Part shown: in pieces, positions 42,376 through 51,674 of the stretch | Position numbering within the stretch: the first letter of the stretch is position 1 | How the letters are laid out: the number at the start of each line of letters is the position of its first letter | Assembly: GCA_963759415.1 (NCBI GenBank) | Contig: CAVWZG010000002.1 | Coordinates: 823,410 to 887,409 of the forward strand | DNA length: 64,000 bases | From: an uncultured Verrucomicrobiae bacterium | Lineage (GTDB): Bacteria; Verrucomicrobiota; Verrucomicrobiia; Limisphaerales; Palsa-1400 | Direction: 5' to 3' | Made by a program: the position numbers and the translations under genes | Notes under the pieces: generated by a model | Databases searched by the model: none | What the model saw: the letters and a program-made list of their open reading frames with translations, nothing else | What the model was told of the DNA's origin: nothing

Positions 42376-42885
42376 ATGGAATCCCATGAGCTTTTGCGCG
42401 AAGTGTTTCAAAAAGTCAGTCCCAAAGAGGCTGCGGCTGAAATGGGGCTTTCGCTTTCCATGATCTACAAATGGGCCGAACCGCCCACCAGCAGCAGCGG
42501 CGCGGCTAATCCGCTGGATCGCGTCGCCGTCCTGGTGCGATGCACCGGGGACCACAGCGTGGTGCAATGGATTTGTCACAAGGCCGGAGGCTTCTACGTC
42601 AGAAATCCCCGCGGCGGACACCCGCATCCGCTGCATTTGGTGCCCGCCATGAACAGCGTGGTGCAGGAGTTCGCGGATCTGTTGTCGGTCATGGCGGCGG
42701 CGGCCTCCGACAGCAAGATCACGCCGGCGGAATCCAAATCGATTCGCGCGCGCTGGGAGGAACTCAAGTCCGTGACGGAGGAATTCGTCCAATGCTGCGA
42801 GGAAGGCAATTTCCGCGACATCAAGCGGACCCTGCCGCCCAAGAGTTCAGGGCAGAGCAGCAGCTCTGCCCTACCGGGAAGGTGA
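42376..42885 (+). CDS. HTH regulator resembling phage 186 CII / CP76 family
   Basis: KEAAAEMGLSLSMIYKWAEP (HTH), then NPLDRVAVLVRCTGDHSVVQWI and ...DSKITPAESKSIRARWEELK. The layout recalls CP76-type CII proteins. Start is 42340 or 42376. Confidence 0.45.
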   Translation: MESHELLREVFQKVSPKEAAAEMGLSLSMIYKWAEPPTSSSGAANPLDRVAVLVRCTGDHSVVQWICHKAGGFYVRNPRGGHPHPLHLVPAMNSVVQEFADLLSVMAAAASDSKITPAESKSIRARWEELKSVTEEFVQCCEEGNFRDIKRTLPPKSSGQSSSSALPGR

Positions 42886-42967
42886 AGAATTTTGTCTCAC
42901 ACCCGCGCGCCTTGTCCGTGGGCAATCCAGTTGCGCCGGGGCGCGCTCCGAGGTAGATTGGCGTTGA

Positions 42968-44392
42968 TTGTCAAAAATACCGGTCATATCGGTCGAGCAG
43001 ATGCGGCAATGGGAGAAGGCTACCTGGGCCGCGGGCAAGACCGAACGCGAGGTCATCCAGCAGGTTGGCCGGGTGCTGGGCGAGCGCATTCTCCAATTGA
43101 CCCGGCGCGGTGACATTGTCTGGATCATGGCCGGCAAAGGCCATAACGGCGATGACGCGCGCGCCGCGCAACCCTATCTGGTGGACCGCCAAGTAACCCT
43201 CCTGAACGTCGAGGACCCGCGGCAGGGGCTGGCTGAGTTTTCGCTTTGGCTCGAAAGGCCCGGCTGGCGCCGCGCACGGTGGATTGTCGATGCGCTCTTT
43301 GGCATCGGATTGGATCGCGCGCTCAATGAGGATTGGCGCAAGCTCATTGATGCAATCAACGGCAGCGGCATCCCCATCCTGGCGGTCGATGTGCCCTCCG
43401 GCTTGAACGCGAACACCGGCGAAACGGAAGGAACGGCGATCAAGGCGGCGCTGACGTTGACTTTGGGCGCGCCGAAAACGGGCTTGCTGGAAGCGCCCGC
43501 CTTCACCGGGCGGCTGGAAGTGGCGCCGGAGATCGGGTTGGCGGCCTGCCCGCACGCGATGGAATTGAACTGGACAGTGGCGGGAGAGTTCGCCGGGCTG
43601 CCGCCGCGCCGGGCGTCCGACGGCCACAAGGGCGATTACGGGCACGCGGCGATTGTGGCCGGAAGCCTGGGCTATCACGGAGCGGCGGTGCTGGCGGCGC
43701 GCGGCGCGCTGCGCGCCCAACCGGGCCTGGTCACTGTGTTTCCGCAGGCGGCGGTCTGCACGGCGGTCGCCGCCCAACTGCAAGCGGCGATGGTTCATCC
43801 GTGGAGCGCGGGAAAGCCGCTGCCCGGGACGTGCAGTTCCATTTTGATTGGCCCCGGCCTGGCGGCGGAAGAAGTGCCGGAGACGTTGAGGAAAGAGGTG
43901 CGTTCCCTCTGGCACAAGTCGCCGCTGGCCATGGTGGTCGATGCCAGCGCGCTGGATTGGCTGGAGCCAGGGCCGACGCCGGCCGGAGCGGTGCGGGTGA
44001 TTACGCCGCATCCCGGCGAAGCGGGCCGCCTGCTGGGCAGCAACGCCAAGGAAGTGCAGGCCGGGCGGGTCGCGGCCCTGCGCGCGCTGTCAAAACGATT
44101 CTGCAACTGCTGGGTCGTGCTCAAGGGACATCAAACGCTGGTGGGCCGGGCGGACGGGGAGATTTTTGTCAACAGTTCGGGCAACCCGTTTCTGGCGCAA
44201 GGCGGGAGCGGGGATTTGCTGGGGGGATACCTGGCGGGACTGCTGGCGCAACCGGACTGGCGCCAAGACCCGTTGCGGGCCGTGCGTTACGCGGTCTGGC
44301 AGCACGGCGCCGCGGCGGACCACCTGGCAGAGGCGCAGGCCAACTGGACCATCGAGGAGCTGGCGCAGTGGCTGGGTGGAATCAGGCCGTGA
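42968..44392 (+). CDS. nnr: bifunctional NAD(P)H-hydrate repair enzyme (epimerase + ADP-dependent dehydratase)
   Basis: 474 aa with a TTG start. YjeF-N part ...IVWIMAGKGHNGDDAR...DALFGIGL. YjeF-C part HKGDYGHAAIVAGS...GSGDLLGGYLAGL. Confidence 0.9.
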   Translation: MSKIPVISVEQMRQWEKATWAAGKTEREVIQQVGRVLGERILQLTRRGDIVWIMAGKGHNGDDARAAQPYLVDRQVTLLNVEDPRQGLAEFSLWLERPGWRRARWIVDALFGIGLDRALNEDWRKLIDAINGSGIPILAVDVPSGLNANTGETEGTAIKAALTLTLGAPKTGLLEAPAFTGRLEVAPEIGLAACPHAMELNWTVAGEFAGLPPRRASDGHKGDYGHAAIVAGSLGYHGAAVLAARGALRAQPGLVTVFPQAAVCTAVAAQLQAAMVHPWSAGKPLPGTCSSILIGPGLAAEEVPETLRKEVRSLWHKSPLAMVVDASALDWLEPGPTPAGAVRVITPHPGEAGRLLGSNAKEVQAGRVAALRALSKRFCNCWVVLKGHQTLVGRADGEIFVNSSGNPFLAQGGSGDLLGGYLAGLLAQPDWRQDPLRAVRYAVWQHGAAADHLAEAQANWTIEELAQWLGGIRP

Positions 44393-44422
44393 AAATGCTT
44401 TCATTGCGCCGGAGGCTTTGAT

Positions 44423-45394
44423 ATGCAACAGGCAAAGATGCGAAGGATTATCTTGACCCTGTTTGGTGGGCTGGCTGTGGCCGCTTCGGTGGCGATGGCC
44501 GGAACGTTTCCGCTGACCGATGGCGCCAAGATTGTCGGCTCACCGGAATCCATCGTGGATAAGGGCGTGGTTTTCCAACTGGACAATGGGGATTATTCGC
44601 CGCGGATCGGGTGGGACAAGTTTACGCCGGAGGCGTTGAAGGAATTGATGGCGGAGGCGAAGAAGGACAGCGAACGGGCGCTGTTGGAACCGATGGTGGA
44701 GAACCTGCCGCAGGAGGTGGCCAAGCGAAAGGAAATCGTCATCAAGCCGATCCAACCACCGGCGCGCCCCGCGCACGGCTCGGGGATTTCCGGCCTCTTC
44801 GGCAGCCCGGTTGGCTGGATGATGCTGCTGGTGCTGTATGGCGCCAATTTATTCGCCGCTTATGAAGTGTGCATTTTTCGGCGCCACCCGCCGGCCATGG
44901 TCTGCGGGTTGGCGGCGATTCCGTTCTTTGGGGTGTTGAGCACGATTGTCCATGGGCTGATGCCGACCCGGCCGCCGCCACCGGAAATCACCGGCGTGGA
45001 GGAGCAGGCCGCGGAAGCGGCGGCCACGAGCGCAAACGCGCCCGCGCCGGCAGCCCTGGCGGCGGCTTACACGCCCTCGGCTCCCCCGACCGCAAACGCG
45101 CCCGCGCCGGACTTTCCGGAACCGATTGTGTTTCAACGGGGCGAGTTTTCGTTCAACCGGCGTTTTTTTGAAACGAAGCTGGCGGGGTTTTTCCGCGTCA
45201 TCCCGAGCGAGGCGGAAAAGGACCTGGTGCTGGTGATCAAGGCCAGCCGGGGGGAATTTATCGGCCGCAGAATCAGCCGCATCACCCCGGCCGAACTTTA
45301 CCTGCAAGTAGTCAATAATAACGCCAGCGCGGATGAGATGATTCCTTTCATGGAAATATCGGAGGTGCAGGTGCGGCACAAGGACAGCCTCTAA
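44423..45394 (+). CDS. hypothetical membrane protein (signal peptide, central TM helices, Pro/Ala-rich linker, C-terminal globular domain)
   Basis: 323-aa ORF with good coding appearance. I recognise no family. Confidence 0.5.
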   Translation: MQQAKMRRIILTLFGGLAVAASVAMAGTFPLTDGAKIVGSPESIVDKGVVFQLDNGDYSPRIGWDKFTPEALKELMAEAKKDSERALLEPMVENLPQEVAKRKEIVIKPIQPPARPAHGSGISGLFGSPVGWMMLLVLYGANLFAAYEVCIFRRHPPAMVCGLAAIPFFGVLSTIVHGLMPTRPPPPEITGVEEQAAEAAATSANAPAPAALAAAYTPSAPPTANAPAPDFPEPIVFQRGEFSFNRRFFETKLAGFFRVIPSEAEKDLVLVIKASRGEFIGRRISRITPAELYLQVVNNNASADEMIPFMEISEVQVRHKDSL

Positions 45395-45416
45395 TCCGCC
45401 GGGGGCGCATTCTGCC

Positions 45417-46013
45417 ATGAAACCGATGAAATTGCGCACCATCCTGTTGTTCGGCGCGCCTGGCTCGGGCAAGGGCACCCAGGGGAAAATTCTGGGCAGC
45501 ATCCCCAATTTTTACCATTTTTCCAGCGGCGAGGTGTTCCGCAACCTGACGCCGGACACGAAGCTGGGGAAAATTTTTCTGGATTACTCCAGCCGCGGGC
45601 AATTGGTGCCCGATGAACCGGTCATCCGCCTGTGGCAGCGTTCCATGCGGGAGGCCGGGCGCGATGGGCGCTTCCAACCCCGGACCGACACGCTGCTGCT
45701 GGACGGCTTGCCGCGCAATCTCGAGCAGGCCCGGATGCTCAAGGGCCTGTTGCACGTGCGGCATGTTCTTTATCTTGACTGCGCGGACAGGAAAAAGCTG
45801 GTGGCGCGCCTGCAACGGCGGGCCAGGAGTGAAAACCGGCTCGATGACGCCAATATCCAGGTCATCCGCGAGCGCATGGAAACTTACGAGCACGAAACCC
45901 GGCCCGTGCTGGATTTCTATGGGCCGAAGCTGGTGCGGAGGATCGACGCGGCCCAAACGCCGATCCAGGTTCTGCGCGAGATTCTGGATGCGCTTTCCCG
46001 ACCCGCCACCTGA
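45417..46013 (+). CDS. adk: adenylate kinase (short-lid type)
   Basis: LLFGAPGSGKGTQGKIL P-loop and LLLDGLPRNLEQA. The stop overlaps the fmt start (TGATG). Confidence 0.85.
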   Translation: MKPMKLRTILLFGAPGSGKGTQGKILGSIPNFYHFSSGEVFRNLTPDTKLGKIFLDYSSRGQLVPDEPVIRLWQRSMREAGRDGRFQPRTDTLLLDGLPRNLEQARMLKGLLHVRHVLYLDCADRKKLVARLQRRARSENRLDDANIQVIRERMETYEHETRPVLDFYGPKLVRRIDAAQTPIQVLREILDALSRPAT

Positions 46014-46969
46014 TGCCATTGCGAACCGTATTCATGGGGACCGCGGAATTCGCCTGCGCCAGCTTGAAGGCGTTGCTAGGCTCCAACGCCTGCACGGTGC
46101 TGGCGGTGGTGACGCAGCCGGACCGCCCCAAGGGGCGCAACTTGAAGGCGCAGCCGCCGTCTGTCAAGATAGTGGCGCAGGAGGCCGGACTGCGGGTCTG
46201 GCAGCCCGAGAGCGCCCGCGACGCGGCCTTTGCGACCGAATTGGGGGCGTTGGGAGCGGAGGTAATCGTGGTGGCGGCCTATGGCCAGATTCTGCCACAG
46301 AGCATTTTGGATGGGCCAAAGTTCGGGTGCGTCAACGTGCACAGTTCCCTGTTGCCGAAGTATCGCGGCGCGGCCCCGATCCAATGGGCCATGCTCAATC
46401 ACGAGCGGGAAACCGGCGTTTCCATCATGAAGATTGCGCCCGGCCTGGATACGGGCGATGTGTTGAGCCAGCGCGCCACGCCCATTGATCCTGACGAAAC
46501 GGCCGCCATGCTGCATGACCGGCTGGCGGTGATGGGAGCCGAGTTGCTGGCGGCCACGCTGCCTGCCTACGTCGCGGGCGCCATCACGCCACAACCGCAG
46601 GACAACGCGGCGGCAACCTACGCCAGAAAAATCACCAAGGCGGACGGGCGTCTGGATTGGTCGCTATCGGCGCAGGAGATGCGGAATCGAATGCTGGCTT
46701 TGACACCGTGGCCTGGCGCGTGGATGAATTGGACGGCATCGGACCGGCCGCGTTTATTGAAAATCTGGCGGGCACAGATTGAGCGTCGCCAGGGCGCGCC
46801 CGGCGAGGTATTGCAGGCGGACAAAACGGGGCTGGTGGTGGCGTGCGGGGCGGATGCCTTGCGCATCGAGCAATTACAGTTGGAAGGCGGCCGCAGCATG
46901 ACGGCGGCGGAATTCCTCGCGGGGCATGAGGTTAAAGCGGGATTGTTTGGCGCTGCTTCTTCCTCGTAA
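46013..46969 (+). CDS. fmt: methionyl-tRNA formyltransferase
   Basis: VFMGTAEFACASL..., VVTQPDRPKGR and NVHSSLLPKYRGAAPIQWA. Confidence 0.93.
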   Translation: MPLRTVFMGTAEFACASLKALLGSNACTVLAVVTQPDRPKGRNLKAQPPSVKIVAQEAGLRVWQPESARDAAFATELGALGAEVIVVAAYGQILPQSILDGPKFGCVNVHSSLLPKYRGAAPIQWAMLNHERETGVSIMKIAPGLDTGDVLSQRATPIDPDETAAMLHDRLAVMGAELLAATLPAYVAGAITPQPQDNAAATYARKITKADGRLDWSLSAQEMRNRMLALTPWPGAWMNWTASDRPRLLKIWRAQIERRQGAPGEVLQADKTGLVVACGADALRIEQLQLEGGRSMTAAEFLAGHEVKAGLFGAASSS

Positions 46970-47048
46970 TCATAATCTTAATCTTAATCCCCTCTTGCTC
47001 CTTCTGAGGGCGGGGCAGGATTAAGATTATGATTAAGATTAAGAAAAG
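46967..47048. repeat. hexamer-periodic palindrome, copy 4, between convergent fmt and the S41 protease gene
   Basis: taatcataatcttaatcttaatcc ... aggattaagattatgattaagattaag. The fmt TAA stop lies inside the left arm. Confidence 0.85.
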
Positions 47049-47054
47049 AGAGTA

Positions 47055-49682
47055 TTAGCGCGCTTGGGAGATGACCGGCTCTTTGTTCACCAACGCGATG
47101 TAGTCAGCCAGGATGTGCTTGGCTTCCTCCAACGTCGGATCCACGGCGGCCTCCGGCGCGGCAACGTCCTCGTCCGAGTCAGGGTCGTTATTCAAGACGG
47201 GTTCGGCCGCGACGGCAGAGTTCGTCTTGACGAGGGGCGGCTGCAGTTGGGCCAGATCGACATTTTGCAAGGTAAGCTCGAAGACTTTTTCATCCGATTT
47301 CGGGCGGGACTGGCGCTCTTTCTTAATAGCCTCGAAACGGGCGAGGTTGGTCTTCTGCTCGGCCTGGCGCTCGGCCAGGTTCAAGGAGAAGCTCTTGTCA
47401 GCCTGCTGCTTGAGATACTCGGCGATGTCTTGCCCAATGTAGGCGAAGTCTTTGCTGGCGGTCAGGCGCTGGCTGGAGCGTTCCTGGAGTTGGGCCAGGT
47501 AGGGTTTGACGCGATTGAGGTTCTCGGGATTGGCGCTGGTAACCTCATCGCAAGGGAGGGCGTTGGGAAGAGCGCTTTCGCCGACGTCGTTGGTGGCGCA
47601 ATTCAAAATGGAAGGCAGTTCGATGTCGGAAAGCACGCCCTTGAACTGGGTCGAGACGCCGCCGGCGCGGTAGAACTTTTTAATGGTGATCTTGATCGAA
47701 CCCGGATCGTAATTTGGATCGTAACTCAAATGCTGTTGGCGGAGGTAGCGATCGAGGAAGGGCTGCAATCGTTGCATGGTTTGCACCGTGCCTTTGCCGA
47801 AGGTGGAGTGATCGCCCACGATGAGGGCGCGATTGTAGTCTTGCAGGGCGCCAGCCAGGATTTCGGAGGCGGAGGCGCTCAAGCGGCTTGTCAATAGAAC
47901 CAGCGGGCCGTCATAAAGAACCGAGCTGCCGCGGCAGGATTCGGTCACCACTTCGCCGGTCGGGTCCTTGGTCTGGACCACCGGGCCGCCGCGGACAAAA
48001 AGACCGGTCAGCTTGATGGCTTCCTCGAGGTATCCCCCGCCGTTGTGGCGCAAGTCAACGATGATGCCGCCGACCTTCTCCTGCTTCAACCGCCTGATCA
48101 AGCGCGCCACGTCGGCAGTCATGCTCTTGGCATGGCCGGCGGCGCCGCTGCTGTCGGCGATGTTCAGGCTATCGTTATCGGCGTAAAAAGATTGGACGTT
48201 GATCACGCCCAGGCGGGAAGAGGGGCCGGTGGCGTTGGGGTTTTCGTAAAGACGGGCCTTGGCGTCCTGGTCTTCCAATTTGATTTCATCGCGAATGAGC
48301 GAAACTTCTTTGCGCACCGAGGAATCGGGAGCATCGAAGGGATTGATGGTCAACTTCACTTGCGTGCCTTTGGGGCCGCGGATCATTTCGACGATCTTGT
48401 CCAGCGGCATGCCTTCGACCTCGACCGGTTCGGCATTAGTTTGAGCGACGGCCACAATGCGGTCGTTGTCATGCATTTTGCCGCTTTTCTTGGCCGGACC
48501 TTCCTTCAGCTCGAGGATTTTGCAATATTCGTCGCTCTGCCCCAGGAGAGCGCCGATGCCGGTCAGGGAGAGTTTCATCTGAATGGCAAAATTCTCGGCC
48601 GTCATGTGGCCCATGAAATCGGAATGGGGATCAAAGGCATGGGCGAGTGAATTGACGTAAAGCTCGAAGGCCCGGTCCGTGACCAGCATTTTGTAATTCC
48701 TCATCATCTGGCCGTAATGCTTGGTCAGCGTCTTGTGAATCTCCGCCAGGTTTTTCTGGTTCAGGCGAATGACGGCCTCGAGGTTGGTGGTGGCGGCTGG
48801 CGGCGGGGATGAAGCCGCGTCGTTGGTTTCCGTCTTTTCCCGTCGAAAGGTGACATCGCCCAACTCTTCGCCTTTGGCGGAGAAGAAATGGTTGGTCATT
48901 TTCCTGAGATTCTCACGCGAAGGGAGATCCAGGCGCAAGGTGGCATTGGATTGGCTGGCGGCAATTTCCAGCCCGCCGATGGAGTGGCCGTCCTTGGACA
49001 GATATTTGGCGGGCAAATAATCGAAGCTCAACGGATGCATCTTGTCCCGCGTCAGCGTCACCACGGCCTGGCCTTTGGCATCCACGCTGACCGGCCCGGT
49101 GAATTGGACATCCGGGGAAGTGAGGAGTTGATCCAGGTATTGGCCGCGCAATTCCTGCCGCCAAAACTCCCTGGCTTGGTCGAGATTCGTGGGATACGGC
49201 AGCGCGTGGCGGTTGAGGGTGAAGCGTTCATGAGCGCCGAAATCGAACTTGGCGGTCTCGAGCAAATTGCTGGCCAGATCCACGCGCTGATGGACGCGTT
49301 CCATAAAGCGGGAAAAGATGACCCAGCAAGGCGTGAGGTCCTTGTCCTGCAAAGTGAGCAGATTGAGGTTGGTCCGGAATTTTTGAAATTCGTTGATGTC
49401 GGACTGGAGGAAAAACATGTGGGTGTAATCCAAGGTGTCGAGGTAGCGATCCAGGAACCTGGAGGACATCTCCTGGTCAAAGGGATGTTGGGAATAATTC
49501 CATTCCTGCAGCTTGGCGGCGGCAATGCGGGCGACGATGGCGTTGGTGGGGTCTTCCGCGGCCGCCATTTCGGCGGCTGTTCTCGGTTCCGGCGCCGGGG
49601 CGCCGAGAGCACTGGGAAGAGAAGGAAAAAGAACCAAAGTCCCTGCCCCGAGGCAGGCCGCAAACAAAAATCGAAGTCTCAT
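47055..49682 (-). CDS. S41 family tail-specific (C-terminal processing) protease
   Basis: 875 aa. Signal peptide. PDZ region GIGALLGQSDEYCKILELKEGPAKKSG. Catalytic region DLRHNGGGYL ... TSRLSASASEILAGAL ... TFGKGTVQ. Confidence 0.9.
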   Translation of the reverse strand: MRLRFLFAACLGAGTLVLFPSLPSALGAPAPEPRTAAEMAAAEDPTNAIVARIAAAKLQEWNYSQHPFDQEMSSRFLDRYLDTLDYTHMFFLQSDINEFQKFRTNLNLLTLQDKDLTPCWVIFSRFMERVHQRVDLASNLLETAKFDFGAHERFTLNRHALPYPTNLDQAREFWRQELRGQYLDQLLTSPDVQFTGPVSVDAKGQAVVTLTRDKMHPLSFDYLPAKYLSKDGHSIGGLEIAASQSNATLRLDLPSRENLRKMTNHFFSAKGEELGDVTFRREKTETNDAASSPPPAATTNLEAVIRLNQKNLAEIHKTLTKHYGQMMRNYKMLVTDRAFELYVNSLAHAFDPHSDFMGHMTAENFAIQMKLSLTGIGALLGQSDEYCKILELKEGPAKKSGKMHDNDRIVAVAQTNAEPVEVEGMPLDKIVEMIRGPKGTQVKLTINPFDAPDSSVRKEVSLIRDEIKLEDQDAKARLYENPNATGPSSRLGVINVQSFYADNDSLNIADSSGAAGHAKSMTADVARLIRRLKQEKVGGIIVDLRHNGGGYLEEAIKLTGLFVRGGPVVQTKDPTGEVVTESCRGSSVLYDGPLVLLTSRLSASASEILAGALQDYNRALIVGDHSTFGKGTVQTMQRLQPFLDRYLRQQHLSYDPNYDPGSIKITIKKFYRAGGVSTQFKGVLSDIELPSILNCATNDVGESALPNALPCDEVTSANPENLNRVKPYLAQLQERSSQRLTASKDFAYIGQDIAEYLKQQADKSFSLNLAERQAEQKTNLARFEAIKKERQSRPKSDEKVFELTLQNVDLAQLQPPLVKTNSAVAAEPVLNNDPDSDEDVAAPEAAVDPTLEEAKHILADYIALVNKEPVISQAR

Positions 49683-49854
49683 TAAATTATGCCAATGTCG
49701 TTAAAGTACAAAATGAGCGCGCCCCGCCTCTTCACCAAGGGTCTGCTCCCCCAAGCAGATAAAGTAACCAATATTGGCCGGTTTGCCAGCGGAGTTTACA
49801 AAAAATTTTACTGTATTCCGGCGCCGCTTGGGCCACTTTCTCCGGCAACGCATT

Positions 49855-50727
49855 ATGCGGCTGATTGGTCATTTAAAAACCGAAGCTTCCGCCAAGACCT
49901 TTGCCGGGTACTTGGTTTCCGTGAACATCCGCAATCTCGTTCAACCGGACGCCGAAGGCTGGGCGGTTTGGATCCATTCCGAAGATCAAATTGAGGAGGG
50001 GCAACAGGCGCTGGCAGCCTACGAGCAGAATCCCGCGGACAGGAAATACGAACTCGCTTCGCAAAAGGCGGAGACGATGGAGCGCCAGCGGCGGCGTGAC
50101 GAAGCGAAGGCCGCCAAACGCATCCATGACCGGGACAGAATCTGGGCGCGGTCGGGCTTGGCGCCATTGACGCTTTCGCTCATTTGCACCTGCGTGGCGG
50201 TGACGCTGGTGGTGGGTTTGAACCCCAATTTTCACGACCTGCGCTGGCTGGCCATCAGCAATGGCGGCATGGAACTTCTGGCGGAAGTGCGGGCGGGGCA
50301 GGTGTGGCGGTTGATCACGCCGATCTTCATTCATTTCGGGCCGTTGCACCTAATCTTCAATATGATTTGGCTGCGCGATCTGGGGGCGATGATTGAAGTG
50401 CGCCAAGGGATGCTCAAATTGGGGTTGATGGTGTTGGTGTTGGGCGTCGCCTCCAATCTTGGGCAGTATTTGATCTCAGGGCCGTATTTTGGCGGGATGT
50501 CGGGGGTTCTTTACGGCTTGTTCGGATATATATGGCTGCGCGGGCGGTACGATCCCGCGTCGGGCCTGGCACTCGCGCCGACGACCGTTTGGATGATGTT
50601 GGCCTGGTACTTTCTGTGCCTGTTCGGGATCATCGGGAATGTGGCCAACACCACCCACACGGTGGGGCTGGTGCTGGGAGCCTTGTGGGGGGCCGCGCCG
50701 ATGGGCTGGAATCGTTTGCGGAGGTGA
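49855..50727 (+). CDS. rhomboid family intramembrane serine protease (GlpG-like)
   Basis: Start at MRLIGHLKTEAS (cytoplasmic N-domain). WRLITPIFIHFGPLHLIFNM, catalytic GMSGVLYGLFG and His in NTTHTVGLVLGALWG. Confidence 0.85.
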   Translation: MRLIGHLKTEASAKTFAGYLVSVNIRNLVQPDAEGWAVWIHSEDQIEEGQQALAAYEQNPADRKYELASQKAETMERQRRRDEAKAAKRIHDRDRIWARSGLAPLTLSLICTCVAVTLVVGLNPNFHDLRWLAISNGGMELLAEVRAGQVWRLITPIFIHFGPLHLIFNMIWLRDLGAMIEVRQGMLKLGLMVLVLGVASNLGQYLISGPYFGGMSGVLYGLFGYIWLRGRYDPASGLALAPTTVWMMLAWYFLCLFGIIGNVANTTHTVGLVLGALWGAAPMGWNRLRR

Positions 50728-50824
50728 GGGTGGAAACAGAGAAATTCAACCACGGATTTCACTGATTTCACGGATAAGAAATGATGTATGTTGGCTAACG
50801 GTGCTCAGCAGGGGAGCGATTAGC

Positions 50825-50908
50825 CCCCGGTAGGGCGAAACTCCGTTGAGCCTTGACTCGATTTAAAGGGATAAAGTCAAGGCTCAACGGAGTTTCGCCC
50901 TACCGGGG
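50825..50908. repeat. perfect 34-bp inverted repeat with a 16-nt spacer
   Basis: ccccggtagggcgaaactccgttgagccttgact (50825-50858) is the exact reverse complement of 50875-50908. Related half-sites at about 7437-7470 and about 40090-40120. Confidence 0.95.
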
Positions 50909-50977
50909 AGACTTGCAGGTCTTGGCTTTCTCGCTTCCATGTGCGATCCAGTTGTTGTATATTAGACGAAGGTTCCG

Positions 50978-51319
50978 TTGATGATGCGCATGTCCAAGAA
51001 GTCAATAATTGCAATTGGAGTCGTGATGCTGATGGTGGTCGTTGCGGCCGCCATGCTTCCCGCGTTCATCCGCGCGCGGACCACGCCAGCCGAAATCGGT
51101 TGCATCAACAACCTCCGGTTGATTGATTCCGCCAAGCAGCAATGGGCCTTGGAGCAACGCAAGAAGGCCAGCGATACCCCAACGTGGGAAGATATTCGCC
51201 CCTATATTGGACGCGGAAGCAATGGGGAATTACCGGTTTGCCACCATGGCGGGACATACACGATCGGTCCGGTTGGCAAGCCACCTACGTGCAGTTACCC
51301 CGGAGACATCTTGCCATGA
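50978..51319 (+). CDS. small membrane-anchored or secreted protein with a CINNLRxIDxAKxQWALE motif
   Basis: 113 aa. N-terminal hydrophobic helix, then EIGCINNLRLIDSAKQQWALEQRKK ... CHHGGTYTIGPVGKPPTCS. This motif type is common next to pseudopilin-like proteins in PVC bacteria (from memory). Confidence 0.55.
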   Translation: MMMRMSKKSIIAIGVVMLMVVVAAAMLPAFIRARTTPAEIGCINNLRLIDSAKQQWALEQRKKASDTPTWEDIRPYIGRGSNGELPVCHHGGTYTIGPVGKPPTCSYPGDILP

Positions 51320-51364
51320 TCCCGGAAATTCACCGCACACGCTTGGTTCGTTGGAAATGGAATG

Positions 51365-51442
51365 AAACCACGGATTGCCTGGATTGCACGGATAAGAAAT
51401 GACGCGTTTCCCATCCGTGCAATCCGTGAAATCCGTGGTAGG
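51365..51442. repeat. imperfect hairpin built of cacggat units
   Basis: gaaaccacggattgcctggattgcacggataagaaatgacg ... cccatccgtgcaatccgtgaaatccgtggtagg. A half-copy is at 50748-50787. Confidence 0.75.
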
Positions 51443-51455
51443 AAATGTTCTCGCA

Positions 51456-51674
51456 ATGGAGAAAAATATGAGCGCCTGGCAAAATTTTAGGAATGCGAGG
51501 AAGTCGATTGACGATAAATGGATTGGGGGCGTTTGCGGGGGGTTGGGGGCGGCAACTCCCATACCTTCGTGGATGTGGAGGGCGTTTTTTGTCTTCACTT
51601 TCCTGGCTTTTGGCTTTGGATTGTTGTTGTATCTGGTGCTCTGGATTTGTATGCCCATTGGCAAGACACAATAA
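51456..51674 (+). CDS. PspC domain-containing small membrane protein
   Basis: DDKWIGGVCGGLGAATPIPSWMWRAFFVFTFLAFGFGLLLYLVLWICMP is a typical PspC-domain pattern. The stop TAA directly abuts the ATG of the next gene. Confidence 0.75.
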   Translation: MEKNMSAWQNFRNARKSIDDKWIGGVCGGLGAATPIPSWMWRAFFVFTFLAFGFGLLLYLVLWICMPIGKTQ

